A DNA stretch of 63,783 nucleotides, the filler included, from Choristocarpus tenellus KU-1152 (lineage: Eukaryota; Protista; Phaeophyceae), in assembly GCA_964200185.2 (NCBI GenBank). It is 10 parts of 10 records of this genome, joined end to end, with 100 filler letters (N's around TTAATTAATTAA, not from the genome) between each part and the next. Parts side by side here need not be neighbours in the genome. Positions count along the whole stretch, not along the records: positions 1 to 15,035 come from CAXNAD020001071.1; positions 15,136 to 25,534 come from CAXNAD020002951.1; 8 more parts are not named here. One strand, written 5' to 3'. Position numbers and translations under genes: made by a program. The notes under the pieces are model-generated. The model did not search any database, was not told the origin of the DNA, and saw only the letters and a program-made list of their open reading frames with translations. Positions 1 through 25,470 of this stretch are shown here, piece after piece (position 1 is the first letter of the stretch; every line of letters starts with the position of its first letter).

Positions 1-145
1 AACACTTACTATTCTTTTCTTCAATACTATTCTATATTATTCAGTCACCTGTCATGACCTTACCTTCCCCTCTACCACTGAAATCCCCACCCCACCCTGT
101 CAATCATTTCTTTCTCTGGATACCACTCTGTCAATACACACCAAG

Positions 146-12803
<12,658 letters not shown>

Positions 12804-14339
12804 TGAGGAGTTAGCCAGGAAACATAATGGCATTTTTGTGCTTTATGAAGTGCTCCCTGTCGTGTTACGGAGTATGGCACTTGGAGTGATTCCTGGTGCT
12901 GGATAGGGTCCAACATCTATCTTCTGGATTGAATGAATGTTAAAACATAGGCTACTCATCTTTTGTGTCATTTATACTATACAGTATTACCAGTTCATAC
13001 TGACTTTTGATTTGCACATTGGTACTAGTCGTTAATCGCATTCACATCATTGGTACCTCAACTTATGATCATTAATTTCTGTTACAACCCCATGGTCCAT
13101 AGCAAGTATGGAATGGTCGACATCTGTCAAAGACACAAGTATAGTATGGGCCATATGAGTTGCCCCAGAGATTGACCAAAGTTTTTATTTTTTTTTTAGC
13201 ATGCATTTCTTCCTTTGGGTGTCTCAAGGAATACTCACAACTTTGTATTGAATAACCTCTGAATGTGCACAGCATGTCACTAGGTTCATCAGTCAGAACT
13301 CACCGGCACTTCAGTACACTATGACTCCCTTTACCGCAACCAATCTGCCACTGTACAAGAGCTGGAATCATTCAATCCCAGGTTTCAATAATGACTTTAT
13401 TATAATAGGGAGCTTTTTTCTTCTTTAAAAACCGGTTAACCAGTTTAAGGCACTGTTTGATGAAGTACCATATAAATATGATAGCATGATGTTGAGCAGG
13501 GATCTTAAGGTGGGTGTACTCATAGAAATTTAGGCAAAAAGGAGGTCAACCATAAGTCCTTTGCGTTGAATTGTTTTCGATCGTTTCCTTTTTCACTTCT
13601 TGCATGTAAAGGAAATCTTGTTTTTTATTTTACCATTCATACTTCCGTTGATAGTGACGTGTGAAGGATGAAATTACTATGTTTATTTCCTTCTGAATGT
13701 TGTAAATGCATAGAATGTCCATGAACGAAATGCGTCTGTTTTGTCTTGTGGATGAAGGAATTTTGTTTGAGGTCCTCAGAGTATTGAATAATGCATCACT
13801 AACCTCTATTCCTATGACATTGAGGTAACGATGCAGGAAGGGGTTCGTAGGAGGTACCCCTTTTTGGTCTTAGGCCACTAAGGTGTATTATTATTGTTCA
13901 TTGTGAGGCGAAAAGTTGTACCTGTTAGAAAGTACTGAATAAAGTGTGGTATACAACCGAGTCCCAGACCGTAAGAGATCAAACTTTCTGTCACTTCATA
14001 CTGCACATATAATGGTATGTCCTTCCTTACAAGAATCGATATATTTCCCTCTTTTTCCTGTTTGTACCCCTTTTAACGTTTTGTCAACTCCTTTGTCATT
14101 TCAAAACCGTCCCAAAGCAGCTTCTATGTTTAGGTTGATGGATGAGCAATTTGGGACCCTACTCAGTGTATCAAGGCATTCTTAGACACTAAACAGTTGC
14201 TGTCGTATCTATGAAAAGAGCATAACAGGTCCTGCATATGCGGAAACACAGCGTGTCACAACTGGTGACGACGCATCTGGTGATGTCGTGTTGTGTCGCA
14301 ATCAGACACAAAAAAATTGTGTACTGTTTAAATATTTAA

Positions 14340-14585
14340 CAGCCGATTTCAAAGATTGAGGATGGAGCTTTTCATTGAGGATGGGCTTGACCCAAAATTG
14401 ACTGGGATAAAGTGTCGATATGACAATAAAAAAACATATCGACACTTTATTCCAGTCAATATTGGGTCAAGCCCATCCTCAATGAAAAGCTCCATCTGTT
14501 GTCATACCGACACTTTATTCCAGTCAATTTCGGGTGAAGCCCATCCTCAATGAAAAGCTCCATCCTCAATTTTTGAAATCGGCTG
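14340..14585. mobile_element. Non-autonomous foldback DNA transposon with long TIRs (CAG...CTG), TTAA-like target
   Basis: Left arm CAGCCGATTTCAAAGATTGAGGATGGAGC... (about 88 bp) has an inverted copy ending at 14585 and an extra partial inverted copy at about 14436-14495. Flanks are TTAA and TTAG. A second copy of the arm starts at 46013. Confidence 0.8.
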
Positions 14586-14750
14586 TTAGTTGTGGGTTGT
14601 AGTGATTCAATAGCTATCATTCTTATCGTGATTAATCGAACCGAAAATAGAGAGATCGCTTTCGAAAAGCATTTTGCTTTGCTCACGAATTCTGGATTAA
14701 TATTATTACTTGCACATTCCTATTTTCTTATTCCTCTATCTCCTCAATCC

Positions 14751-15035
14751 CCATTTGATGACCAGCCATCCCCACATTTGGTGACCAACCAGTGCAAATG
14801 CCCTTTGTCACTGATTGTCCTCTATTCCATTGGATGACCAACCAGTGCGAATGCCCTTCGTCACTGGTTGCCAGCCATCCCGCTTGGATGACCAACCAGT
14901 GCGAATGCCCTTCGTCACTGGTTGCCTGCCATCCCCCTTGGATGACCAACCAGTGCGAATGCCCTTCGTCACTGATTGCCAGTCATCCCCCCATTTGATG
15001 ACCAACCAGTGCAAATGCCCTTTGTCACTGATTGC
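14751..15035. repeat. Tandem array of 53-56 bp palindromic (hairpin) units, cut by the contig end
   Basis: Units start at about 14780, 14833, 14887, 14941 and 14997, with a partial unit at 14757. Consensus GATGACCAACCAGTGCRAATGCCCTTYGTCACTGRTTGCC. Confidence 0.95.
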
Positions 15036-15135
15036 NNNNNNNNNNNNNNNNNNNNNNNNNNNNNNNNNNNNNNNNNNNNTTAATTAATTAANNNNNNNNN
15101 NNNNNNNNNNNNNNNNNNNNNNNNNNNNNNNNNNN
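15036..15135. other. Artificial contig linker (N44-TTAATTAATTAA-N44)
   Basis: Identical linkers at 15036, 25535, 28898, 32874, 38073, 46079, 50347, 56696 and 60758. The 12-mer gives stops in all six frames. Confidence 0.98.
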
Positions 15136-15161
15136 CCCCCCCCCCAGAGATACTTTGACCC
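15136..15161 (-). mobile_element. Terminal fragment of the AAAGTATCT-type MITE group
   Basis: Reverse complement reads GGGTCAAAGTATCTCTGGGGG, matching the ends at 60689 and 56600. It sits at a contig start. Confidence 0.7.
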
Positions 15162-16700
15162 GCATAGTATGTTTCATGTGTGGCAGAGATGGTCACACGA
15201 GAAGTGACTGCCCTGACCGGGACAGGGGACGACACACAGGTGCCTCTGCAAGAATCGGGGAAGATGAAGATAAAGATGGAAGATGCCCAAGATGCAGGGG
15301 GATAGGACATGACTATGACGAATATCCCATGACTGTTCGAGCAAGGGAGAAGACCAGAAAAACCCCAAGAAAAGGGGACAAGTACGCGAACATGGTATCG
15401 ATAGCTTCTCCTCCGTCCTCAAACCAAGAGGATCTTACTGAAAGGATGGTAAGATTGGAAGGATTCATTGGTTCTTATTTTGGTGAAACTGATCGTTTTT
15501 CTCTATGACTGTCTTCTTTAGTGTTTGTCTTTCCAAATGATTTAATTTGAGTTTGTCCACCATCTGTCGTGTGTTTTAGTGCATGCCGACAGTCAAGTGA
15601 GAGCTGTGATGTTGTATGCAGACTGACTTTAGTCATGGAGAGATTTTCCTCGTTTTTGTATGTATGGTATTTCAGTGATATGTCAATTGTTTAGTACTAC
15701 CTTTCCCAAGGATTATCTTTAGTGACACTAGGGATATTTCCAGGATCGTGGGAGACGCATTTTGGTACACATCTTAACAACCCTAGTGCACTAAAAAATC
15801 GCGTGATGGGGGAGCGCAGACATTCTCCTCAAAGCACCTTACTGGATAAATGAAAAATTATGTGGCAAGATTGCCAAGTAAAGCGGGGAAATTGTCAGCA
15901 CATGGAAGGTTTGGCAACATCCGAAATATTTCTGTCCCTCCGACGTCGCTTGCAGGGGTTGTTTTCCTCAACTGAGGACTCACCACTACTGTCAGAGGGG
16001 TGTATGAAGTGGGGAGGCAACAATGGGGCTCACTCCGGACTTGATGAAACTGGGGCCACCATAGCAGGTGCCTGTGCCATTGGTGGGGGCAGCACTGTGG
16101 AAGAACATACAAGCGTGGTCATCTGAGCTGTGAAGTTGGTGTTGGTCTTGTAGCTTGTCAAGGATGGTCCTCATCAGCATCTGCCTCACCACTGCGGTCT
16201 TTGCCTCTTGGCCAGATTTGAGGTCATCAGCTGGTCGTAGTTCTCATTCAAGAAATGAATCCATCGTCCATAGCTTCAAATGACTTAATAAAGAGGGCAT
16301 AGTGGCATCACTTGACTCTCTCCGGGCATTTGCAACATTAACCAAATTGAATTTCATTCTGAGTCCAACAAATTGAAAGGTTGGCAGGGTTGCGCTTCAA
16401 GGATCCCGAAGAAAGGGTAAGAAAAGATATGGCCATTTCGTACAGTTGAAGAAAGAGCGTTTGCTGAATTGTGTGTCACTTTGTGTGCGGAAAATGGGAA
16501 TATCAATTTTGCGCACACTATATCACTCTACATGAGAGCAATAAAATAGAGTGCATTGGATAGGGTAAGAACGATGGCTTAGAATCCGAAGGAGTCCAAA
16601 CCTGACTACCTCTCAGTTGTTTTGACTCTCTACACTTTTCACCTGGGGACCCTGGGACCATGAGTCCTCTGGAAAGGACACCCGGTCAGAACTAGTTTCC
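15162..16700 (+). mobile_element. Degenerate retroelement: Gag zinc knuckles followed by decayed sequence
   Basis: CFMCGRDGHTRSDC (CCHC) and a degenerate CPRCRGIGHDYDEY in ORF 15155-15508. The downstream region is only weakly pol-like and the 3' boundary is uncertain. Confidence 0.55.
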
Positions 16701-18353
16701 ACAATAGAATTAGTCCCGGAATCAAGCCAGTGCTGGTTGGCGAGGGACTGATTAACGTTGCCTATTCTTTTCGTTCTTCTGGAGTAGGGGAGGAACTCGG
16801 ATGTGGTCCTGTGGGGGTCGACTGTCTTCTGTTTGATGTGTCCGAGAAATTTCGCTGGTTACTGATGATAGGCATCTTAGATGTGTTTGCTCATTCGGAA
16901 TGAGAGGCGTCAGGTTGGCGTTGTCTAGTTTAAGCATTTCGATGTATGGAGAATACTTACATATTTCACATTTTCGACCCCCAAGTCCTTAACTTTTCTT
17001 CTCTTCTGTCCTTTCTTATTTCAGTTCCTTTGTTTTCTTTCCTTGTCTTTCTCAAGAGAGTGTGGAAGGGTCTTCTTTGAGTTATTTTTTAATCACATGT
17101 CAGGGTCCCTCAGACTAATCAATATAACTACAAACACCATGATAATACTTATCTGCTACCATTCAACAACTGTTAGGATGTGTAACGTAGGTTTTGGTTG
17201 CTTGTGTCCGACCATTTTTCCAAAGTTCTAGGTTTTTCAAACATTACCACACGTGGCTATGTCATGTACTAATAATTTATTGCAGACCAAAGTCAAGGAT
17301 TTTGAATCGATTGCCAAACAGGTTATTGCTGTGGGATGGACTACCCTCGAATTTCTATTTACACGTGTTTTGTGCATGTGAGCATAGGGACACGAAACAG
17401 GATTGGCGGACCTACTTCTGACTGGGTATGGTTTTCGCGCAGACGCGTGATGTAAGGGACTTTTTTCCACTATTGTTTTATTGGGGACCAATCTTTGTTA
17501 GCATTCTGGCAATGTTTGCTTGTCTGTTCGCACGCATTGTGTCGAGTGCAATGAGTTCCCTCACCGCATACCAGAAAGTGATGAAATGGTAGCTGTCCCA
17601 ACAAAAACTGTTTTTTTCAACCGACTTTCTACTACTCAAAATGGAAAACGTAGAAATTCGTTCAAAGTCTATATAGGCACATAGAGTTAGTTAAGGACCT
17701 TCCATACGTGGTAGACTTCAGTGGTGTTTCATCAGCGACCAATATTTGTTAACGGTCTGCCACTGTTTGCCCCTCTGTTCGACCTCGTTATTCCTAATGC
17801 AGTGAGGTCCCTTGCAACATATCAGAAAGGCGGTGTGTAGGTATTCACCCTGAAGAAAACCAATCTTTGTGGCCTACTTCCTGGCACACTCAAAATGGAG
17901 AACATGAGGGTGTCGTTAAAGTTCTATGTGGGCGCATGAGAGTAAGGACTTTCCCTCTTTGGACCTTCTGCGCATGGCAAACATTGGTAGTGGGAGCTGC
18001 GGGATCCAAGGAGTCAAGGTGGGAGATTGACCTGCGCTTAATATCTGCTGCGTTTATATATATGTGCCTCCTCAGACTAATGTGTGGTGAAGATGCATTT
18101 TCTTTCCCTTCCCAGTGTCCCTCGCAATAACCTCGAAACGACTTCCTCTTGTGTTCTTGGTTCCTTCACGTAGAACCAGTGCAATCGCCATCATCCATGC
18201 AACACATGCCCCTCGAATACCATCATGAAATTGGCGGATGACAGAAATCCTCTTCAGTGGAATATCAAAATGTGGTCAACAAAACCCACACAACGAGATA
18301 ACGATCAATAGTAGAGTCATATGCTTGCCATAGATCGGTAAAACATGAATAGG

Positions 18354-18612
18354 GAGTGAAAGTATCTTAGAGGGTACGAGTTTTGCCCTGTTTGTCCATT
18401 TGGGGCTTGGCTTCTGAGGGGATTTTTTAATGACGTTTTCCTACTTCAAAATGTTTCAGAGTAGGTAAAATGTAAACGTTACGAAAAGGTGTGTCCGGAA
18501 CAAAGATATTCGTACTTCTGAACAAAGACGATAGCCAAAACTACATCAAAATCGCAAAATTGAATTTTGGCCCCAAATGGACGCGGCTCTACCCTCTAAG
18601 ATACTTTGGCTC
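18354..18612. mobile_element. MITE family A, copy 1 (259 bp)
   Basis: TIR GAGTGAAAGTATCTTAGAGGGTA / TACCCTCTAAGATACTTTGGCTC; homologous along its length to copies at 25172, 30822 and 34267. No clean TSD (TAGG/AATG). Confidence 0.9.
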
Positions 18613-18899
18613 AATGGTTTCCATGTCATAAATTTACTGCTGCCATCTCCACACACAGTGATGCAAGGGACAATAGAAGACAGTAAACAAGAAGGTTTTG
18701 GCCAGAACTCAGGAAACTACGATGGATCTAAGGGTATTAGAATCTTGATTCGAGGTTGCTTGTAGCTCGGGGCAGGACTTTAAGGGGGATCAAGTGCAGT
18801 CGTAACTTGCACAAAATGTAAGAAACAGAATGAATAACAACACGATAAGCCAACCATGGGAGAGGTAAGAGGTGGGACGATCTGTACTACTATAAGGTG

Positions 18900-20300
18900 A
18901 GGAGGAGGTTAAGAGAGCATTGAATCACCATTAGCTACGTTATTATGATAATATGGAGACGGGCAACATGTATGGTGATGAGCACACTTCTATGGTGAGG
19001 GTCTCCATGCTGGCACAATACAGTGGATATGATACTGGATTGTGAAATCATTTCTGTTGACCTCATCATCCAATGTATGGACAGAAACTTCATTTCACTC
19101 ATGAACGGAGCATGGCAAAAAATCAGTCCATTGCCTTGAGAATAATCAGATTCACCCAAGGATGCTTTGTCCCTTTCTCCTCAGGCAAGGTCTTGAAGTC
19201 CTTGTGGAGAATGTAACGCCCATTTTTTCCCCTCCCTATCCATTCCCTACCCTCTTTCGCTTGAAGAATGCAGACCCGTTTGCGTTCCCTCTTATCTCTC
19301 TCCACGGCCTCATCATGCAGCTCGACTCCCTTGTCGAGCTGATACTCAACGTGTGCTTGGATGGGTAGGATACTGCGTCGACACTGACATGTGTGTGTCA
19401 CATTCCACACAATAGGCAATCTGACCAAAATGTATCGATGTTGATATCATCGACAATTCTCTACACTTTACTGAGTGGACAGTAGTGGAACAGTATCTCA
19501 ACGACATTGTTAGCCTGCTCCTTGGCACTACCTCTCTTGTGGGCTGATAAGATCACGGGAGGCCCGCCAATGACCTGACAGTTACTCCCTGTGATGAATA
19601 ACTGATATTGTCTGAAACGATGTACATGTTGTGATGGAGAAGTGCGTCGTTCAATCGTGGCAGGAGTATGGCTTAAAAGGGGGAGATGTAGAGCCTGGAG
19701 TTTTCTCGGGGTGAAGTGTTAGGTTCACACCACCCTGAAGTCCTCCACGACCTCCAACATCTTGTCTCCCTTCCCAAACAAGCATCGTCGGTAAGGCGAA
19801 TGCTATCTGGCGTCCCAAGCCTTGGTCTTGTCTCTCATAACACTGAACGAGAGGAACATGACCTGTTGAAGTCTTCAACATCTATCCTGGTTATGCATAT
19901 CTTCCCTTGATGTAAGTCTGGTCTCCTTCTGTTAGAAATAAATCTAGATAACCCGATCAGGCAAAGGAGGCGACGATGAAAACCTGAGGTTGATCTCTTC
20001 AAGAGGCACTTGGATGCAGTTTCAAGTCCTCTCGTGACACTGGTCGAGTCAGATTTGCACTTGTTGTGAGTACAAAGTCAGTGGAAGGAGTTGATATTGG
20101 GCAATGGGGGAACATGTGGATCATGCCGCCCCACTGCAGTTGCGCGGTTTACATTTTCTTTGCGTATCTGAACTATCTCTTGCGATTGCATGGTATTCTT
20201 CAGAAGGAGGATGATCTCCAATTCCTTCTGCTCCAACACCATTATCTCAGTCCAGACCTGTGGAGGTCGAAATGGGTGAGAACGCAATGAAGGTAAAATA
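18900..20300 (-). mobile_element. Degenerate copia-like gag/integrase remnant
   Basis: ORF 19123-19428 contains GKNGRYILHKDFKTLPEEKGTKH, resembling the integrase core SDNGGEY...F...GI.H. Surrounding frames are broken. Confidence 0.45.
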
Positions 20301-20658
20301 GTAGTCCTGCCCAGTTAGTGCAATGCGTGTATGACCTTCACTCTCTGTACTCGACTATATAATTAATAGGGCGTCAGGTCCCGTGATCGATAGGAAATGG
20401 CATATATTTTTAGAGTTTTTTTTCAGGATTTTGGCGCATAGGATGATCTAGAGACTATTTTTTTGGAAGCCGTTTTATGTTTGAATGAAACAGGAAATAT
20501 GACGTGTTTTGAAGGTGTCTACTATGTGCGTACATATATCTCGGACGAATTGGAACCCCTTGTAAAAAAACTATGGTCACAGAGACACAAACCAGCTCAA
20601 AAAGAGTGAACACCACGAGTCTTCCACAAAGATACTCATCCTTGCAACCATTTTTCCC

Positions 20659-20997
20659 TGTGCAAAATAGGAAAAAAGTGAGGTGTACCTTATTTTGTAT
20701 ATGAGAGATTATCGTTTTTGATTGAGTCCATGTGATGTAACTAATGATAAAGTACATCAGGATTATGAATAGGAATATGTATGATTTTCTTTATTCTGCA
20801 TTCAACTACTTTGACATAACCATTGACTTAGGTAGGAAGCACAAATGATAAATAAGCAATGAGAAGACACCCCACAAAGGTCACTCTTCTAATTCCATCC
20901 ATTCTTTTTACGTTCAGCAAAGGGGGTCGTGTGAGGCTTTACACCTTCTTTTCTTCACTACTGATTAATAGCATTACTTCCCAAGGTAAATTGCACA
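20659..20997 (+). mobile_element. 5' LTR of the Ty1/copia element
   Basis: Begins TGTGCAA and ends TTGCACA; followed immediately by a PBS; homologous to the solo LTR at 45429-45720. Confidence 0.9.
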
Positions 20998-21008
20998 GGT
21001 TATGAGCC
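20998..21008 (+). promoter_or_regulatory. Primer-binding site, half-tRNA-iMet type
   Basis: GGTTATGAGCC directly after the LTR is complementary to the tRNA-Met anticodon arm (GGCTCATAACC), as in Drosophila copia (GGTTATGGGCC). Confidence 0.8.
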
Positions 21009-21017
21009 TTAGTAGTA

Positions 21018-24000
21018 TGGAGACTGACCTGTAGAAACTTGCTGTCTGGACGGGGGCCACAGGAAGGTCATTGGAGACCTGGTCGACTTGGAGACTGCAT
21101 TGATCGCCTATGCTGGTGGAAAGGGTTTGTACGAGATTACGACGAGGGACTACGGGATTCCTGAAACGCTCACCACCATCTCGGGAGAGTCAGTGCGTAC
21201 GGCACATGCCACACACACGAAGAATAACAAGGCGTTATGGTTCCTCCTTCTACAGACGACGAAGGTGTCCGCATCGACCATTGTGGCGAAATACGAAAAT
21301 GGGGGTCAAACAGATGGCCGAGGGGCACGGTTAGAATAAGAACGAGTCTACGGTCGACATGCAGAGGACAAGATCCCCGTACAAGTCATCATGTTGGAGG
21401 CGAAACTCCGAGAATTACGGTGCGCGGCGTCTCAGGACAGCACTGATTTTGTCGTCTGATTTTGTCGTCTGATTTTGTCGTTAAACTCGAACGATTATTT
21501 TCGGAATTCGAGGAGCTCAAGGAGCCCAAATCCGAAAACACGAAGAGGGTATATATACTGCTTGGGATCAAGGAAGCAATGGCACATGTGTTTGCGCAAT
21601 TAATAACTCGCCCAGACATCAGCTATGAGGAGCTCAAACGGGCAATCACCTTGTCGACAACTTACCTTCACTCGGGTCAAGATGGGCATGATGAGGTATT
21701 GGCAATGCATGGCAATTAAAGAACGGCGATGCTCGGAAGACCAGGGGATCAGCTGGAATCGGCCCCAAATCAAACCAATGTGGATATTGCTTAAAGATGA
21801 ACCATCGATGGCAGAATTGCTACTCATACTTAAAAGGAAAGCCACCTGCAACACGTCCGCCTGGGATGGCACCCAGAACATTTCCGCCACCTCCAACTCG
21901 TGGGAGCAGCAACAAAGTCGACGGAAACCAAGCGCGTTCCTTCTCCACTTTCAAGGTGACAGCAGACAAGGACGTTAACAAAAGTGCGGTATTCAACTCC
22001 TCCAGTGGAAGACAAGTCGAGATATTGTGTGACTCTGGAGCAAATGTACATCTTACACCTGATCGTGAAGATCTCATAAGCACTCGGGGCACCAAACGCA
22101 CATGTACCTTCGGAAACAATGGGAAATTGGAAGCGAAGGAAACCAGGGATGTGGTTCTAATGGTGACGGGCAAGGACGGCAAACCAACAAGAGTGGTTCT
22201 GAAGGATGTTCTATGGGTATCAGGTCTACCTTGCCGCATATTGAGTACTGGAAGTATACGACGGAATGGAGGAGAATTTATGGATTCAGAAACAAAAGAA
22301 AGTTATCTGAGGGCCTCCAAGAATTCGCTCAAGATAAACCTACAAAAGTTGAGGGGGTTCTTAAATTTAACTGGAACCATAATCACCATGGAACAAGAAT
22401 CGAGAGCCAGCACTGCACGAGCCAACCAAAAGCAGAGACTAACATTGAGGGACTGGCACAACATATTGGGACACATCAGCCCATTAGCATTACAGCATCT
22501 CGAGAAACGTGGACTTTTAGAGATCACTGACGCTACTGTGGCGTCAGAACTGCAGTGTGAGACCTGCAAGGAATGCAAGTCCGAGGCTCTAAGCTATCAA
22601 CGGGGTGGCGGGATCCCCAAGCAGTCCGGCGAGGTTGTTCACACAGATTTGGCAGGACCTTTTAAAGCAGATGTCACTGGTCACCAATATTTTCAGGTGT
22701 TTGTTGGCGAGAGCAGCCAAGACAAGAGGGTGTATGGATTGAAAAAAAAACAACCGAGCAACGGATGCAACCGCTGCTTATATCGACCAGATGGCCAGGG
22801 AAGGTATACCAGTCAAATGCATAAGTGGGGAAGGTACTGGCGAGCTTGGGAGATCAGTGAAGTTCCAAAGGATGCTGGCAAACAACGGTACCCGATGGAG
22901 GAAATCTCCACCAAGAACACCACAGAGCAACGGGATCACCGAAAGGGTAATAAAACTACTCATGGGGGCAGCAAGGAGTCAACCGGCAAAGGCTGGGCTG
23001 GGCGACGAGTACTGGTTCTTTGCCATCACGGACGTCGCCTTCAAGACTGGAGGCATGCCACACGAATACCTGGGAGGAGAGACGCCATGCGAGCGTCTAA
23101 CAGGTAAATCGTTCAACTACGATAGACTTTGGGCCTGGGGGAGCGAATGCTATGTTCACCAGGAGCCTGTTCAAAGTTCCACCCATACGTCAAGCGGGGT
23201 ATAATCATGGGACACGACCGTACATCACTCTGTTCGTAGATCTGGTTTCCTCAAGAGGCCAAGTTGGTAACCTCAGCCCACGTGATGTTTGAGCCAGACG
23301 AACACATCATGGACTTCGTGGGGGAGAGAGAGACCATGACTTCGACGGATGATGAAGAGATTTCTGATACTGAAGACGACTCTGATCGGGATTTCGATAT
23401 TGCAGTCGATCCGATACCACAAGCAACAGCCGCGAGCAAGAACTCGACAAGTTCACCTAGTGGACAACGGAGGTCAGCCAGGATAGCTGAACAACCCAGG
23501 GTGGACTACAGGGTTTACATTCTGGAGATACAGAAGAACTGGGATAGAATATAGTGAATTTGCTCAGAACAAGCACGGATGATGCATACTGTTTGATGGG
23601 CATGGCAGGTGACATCTCGATAGGCCACCAGGAGCCATCAACCATCGAAGAAGCCCTCGCAGGGCCTGATGCAGAACACTGGAAAGAGGCAATGGAACAA
23701 GAAATGGAGGGCCAACGATGCAAAGGAACCTTCTATGAGGGAGAGAGTCTGCCACTAGGGAGAAGACCTGTCAAAACAAGATCTATATTTAAAATCAAAA
23801 GGACAATCTATGGAGACATCGAAAGATTTAAGGCCAGGCTGGTGGCACGGGGTTTTTCCCAACAAGAAGGGGTGGACTACTTCAGCACATTCAGTCCAAT
23901 GGTGGGATTTGACCTGATTCGGGCAGTCTTGGCTACAGCAGCTAACAGAAACTGGGTCATCAACCCCCTTGACTTCACTCAAGCCTACCTGAACGCACCA

Positions 24001-25148
24001 CTACCTGAAGATGTATGGCTACAACTGCCTAATGGATCCATCGTAAAAGCTGCCAGGGCCATCTATGGCCTTAAGCAATCAGCTATGGAGTGGTACAAGG
24101 AGCTAAAGGGAACAATCTTAGCTGAGGGTTGGAGTGTTAGCGAGTTTGACGCCTGCCTATATGTGAAATGGAGTGAAGATGGAAGGGTCGCTGTCCTTTT
24201 GCTCTACGTGGATGACATCTCATTGACTGGAAACTTCCACGAGGAAATAAAGAGGAGGAAGAGCAAACTGCTTACCAAGTACGAAGGACGGGACCTCGGG
24301 ACCCCCGACAAGTTAGTTGGAGTGGAAATCAACAGGGATGAGGCTGGCATCACACTAGACCAATATTTCTATGCAGAGAGTATTGTTCGCGAAGGAATGG
24401 GATCCAGAAGTACGGAGTACCTCATCACCTTAAACCCAGGAATGGACCTGACCACAAGAAGAACTGACGGGGAGGAGCTGGGCCAAAGGTACAAACCTTA
24501 CTGCACCATCCTGGGGAAACTTATGTTCCTAGCTGGCATGACACGACCAGACCTATCCAACAGTGTGCGGGAACTGGGAAGATATGCAGCATCTCCATGT
24601 GATCGACACTGGAAAGGGCTGCAACATGTTCTATGATACCTAGCGGCCACCATGAAAGAAGGGATACACTATTCTGCTGGTGGTGAAATGGACAATGGGA
24701 GCCTGGTCGGGTATGGAGACTCAGACTGGGGTAATGACACTGTTTCAAGACGAAGTGTGATGGGACACCTAATCCTATTAAATGAGGCGCCAATTGCATG
24801 GAAATGCAAGGAGCTGTAACACCACATCTTCATCAGAAGCAGAATGGACAGCGATGGTGCATGGAATGAGGCATGCAATATTCCTCAGAGGCAATCTGGG
24901 GGAGCTGGGCAAAAGGGGTCACGGTTTGGTATGACGACAATTGAGGTGTGATCCAAGCAGCAACAACTGAAGGCTTCAATGGACGGACAAGGCATGTAGA
25001 TATTAAACTAAAATGCACCAGGGAGTATATTAGCAAATGGTTTTTTTAAGTAAAATATATTCCCACGGCACTCCAACTCGCAGACATCTTGACCAAAAGA
25101 TTACGTAAGAAGCAGGTAGAAGACTTTGTAGACACTGTGTTGACTAGA
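21018..25148 (+). pseudogene. Ty1/copia gag-pol polyprotein, disrupted by stops and frameshifts
   Basis: Protease CDSGANVHLT; GAG-pre-integrase WHNILGH...CETCKECK; integrase VHTDLAGP and PQSNGITER; RT KARLVARGFSQ, YGLKQS, LYVDD; RNase H GDSDW, RHVDIK, QLADILTK. Order is PR-IN-RT-RH. Lesions near 21337, 22750 (A-run), 23200, 23552 and 24634. Confidence 0.95.
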
Positions 25149-25171
25149 TGAATGACGTATGTTAGAGTTCA

Positions 25172-25432
25172 GAGTCAAAGTATCTTAGAGGGTAGAGCTG
25201 CGTCCATATGGGGGCCAAAATCCAATGATGCGATTTTGATGTTATTTTGGCTATCGTGTTTGTTAGGAAGTGAAAGTATCCATGTTCTGGACACACCGTT
25301 TCATAACATACACATTTAAACTACTCCTACACATTTTGGAGTAGGTAAATGTCATAAAAAAAACTCCATGGTAAGTCAAGTCCCAAATGGACAAACAGGG
25401 AAAAACTTGTACCCTCTAAGATACTTTCACTC
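25172..25432. mobile_element. MITE family A, copy 2 (opposite orientation to copy 1), just after the copia pol stop
   Basis: GAGTCAAAGTATCTTAGAGGGTA...TACCCTCTAAGATACTTTCACTC; flanks TTCA/TCAA. Confidence 0.9.
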
Positions 25433-25470
25433 TCAAGCAATCAGTGTTCTTTTACTGCTTTGAAAGGATA

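Noticed and set aside
14751-15035. CRISPR array
   Set aside because: The repeats are palindromic, but the linkers are very short and similar to each other, with no unique spacers. No cas genes, and the context is eukaryotic.
15080-15091. Recurring TTAATTAATTAA palindrome as a biological motif
   Set aside because: Always centred in exactly 100 nt of N padding; it is an artificial six-frame-stop linker.
25168-25436. PIF/Harbinger (3-bp TCA TSD) assignment for MITE A
   Set aside because: Only this copy fits 3 bp. Two other copies show perfect 4-bp TSDs and one a 3/4 match.
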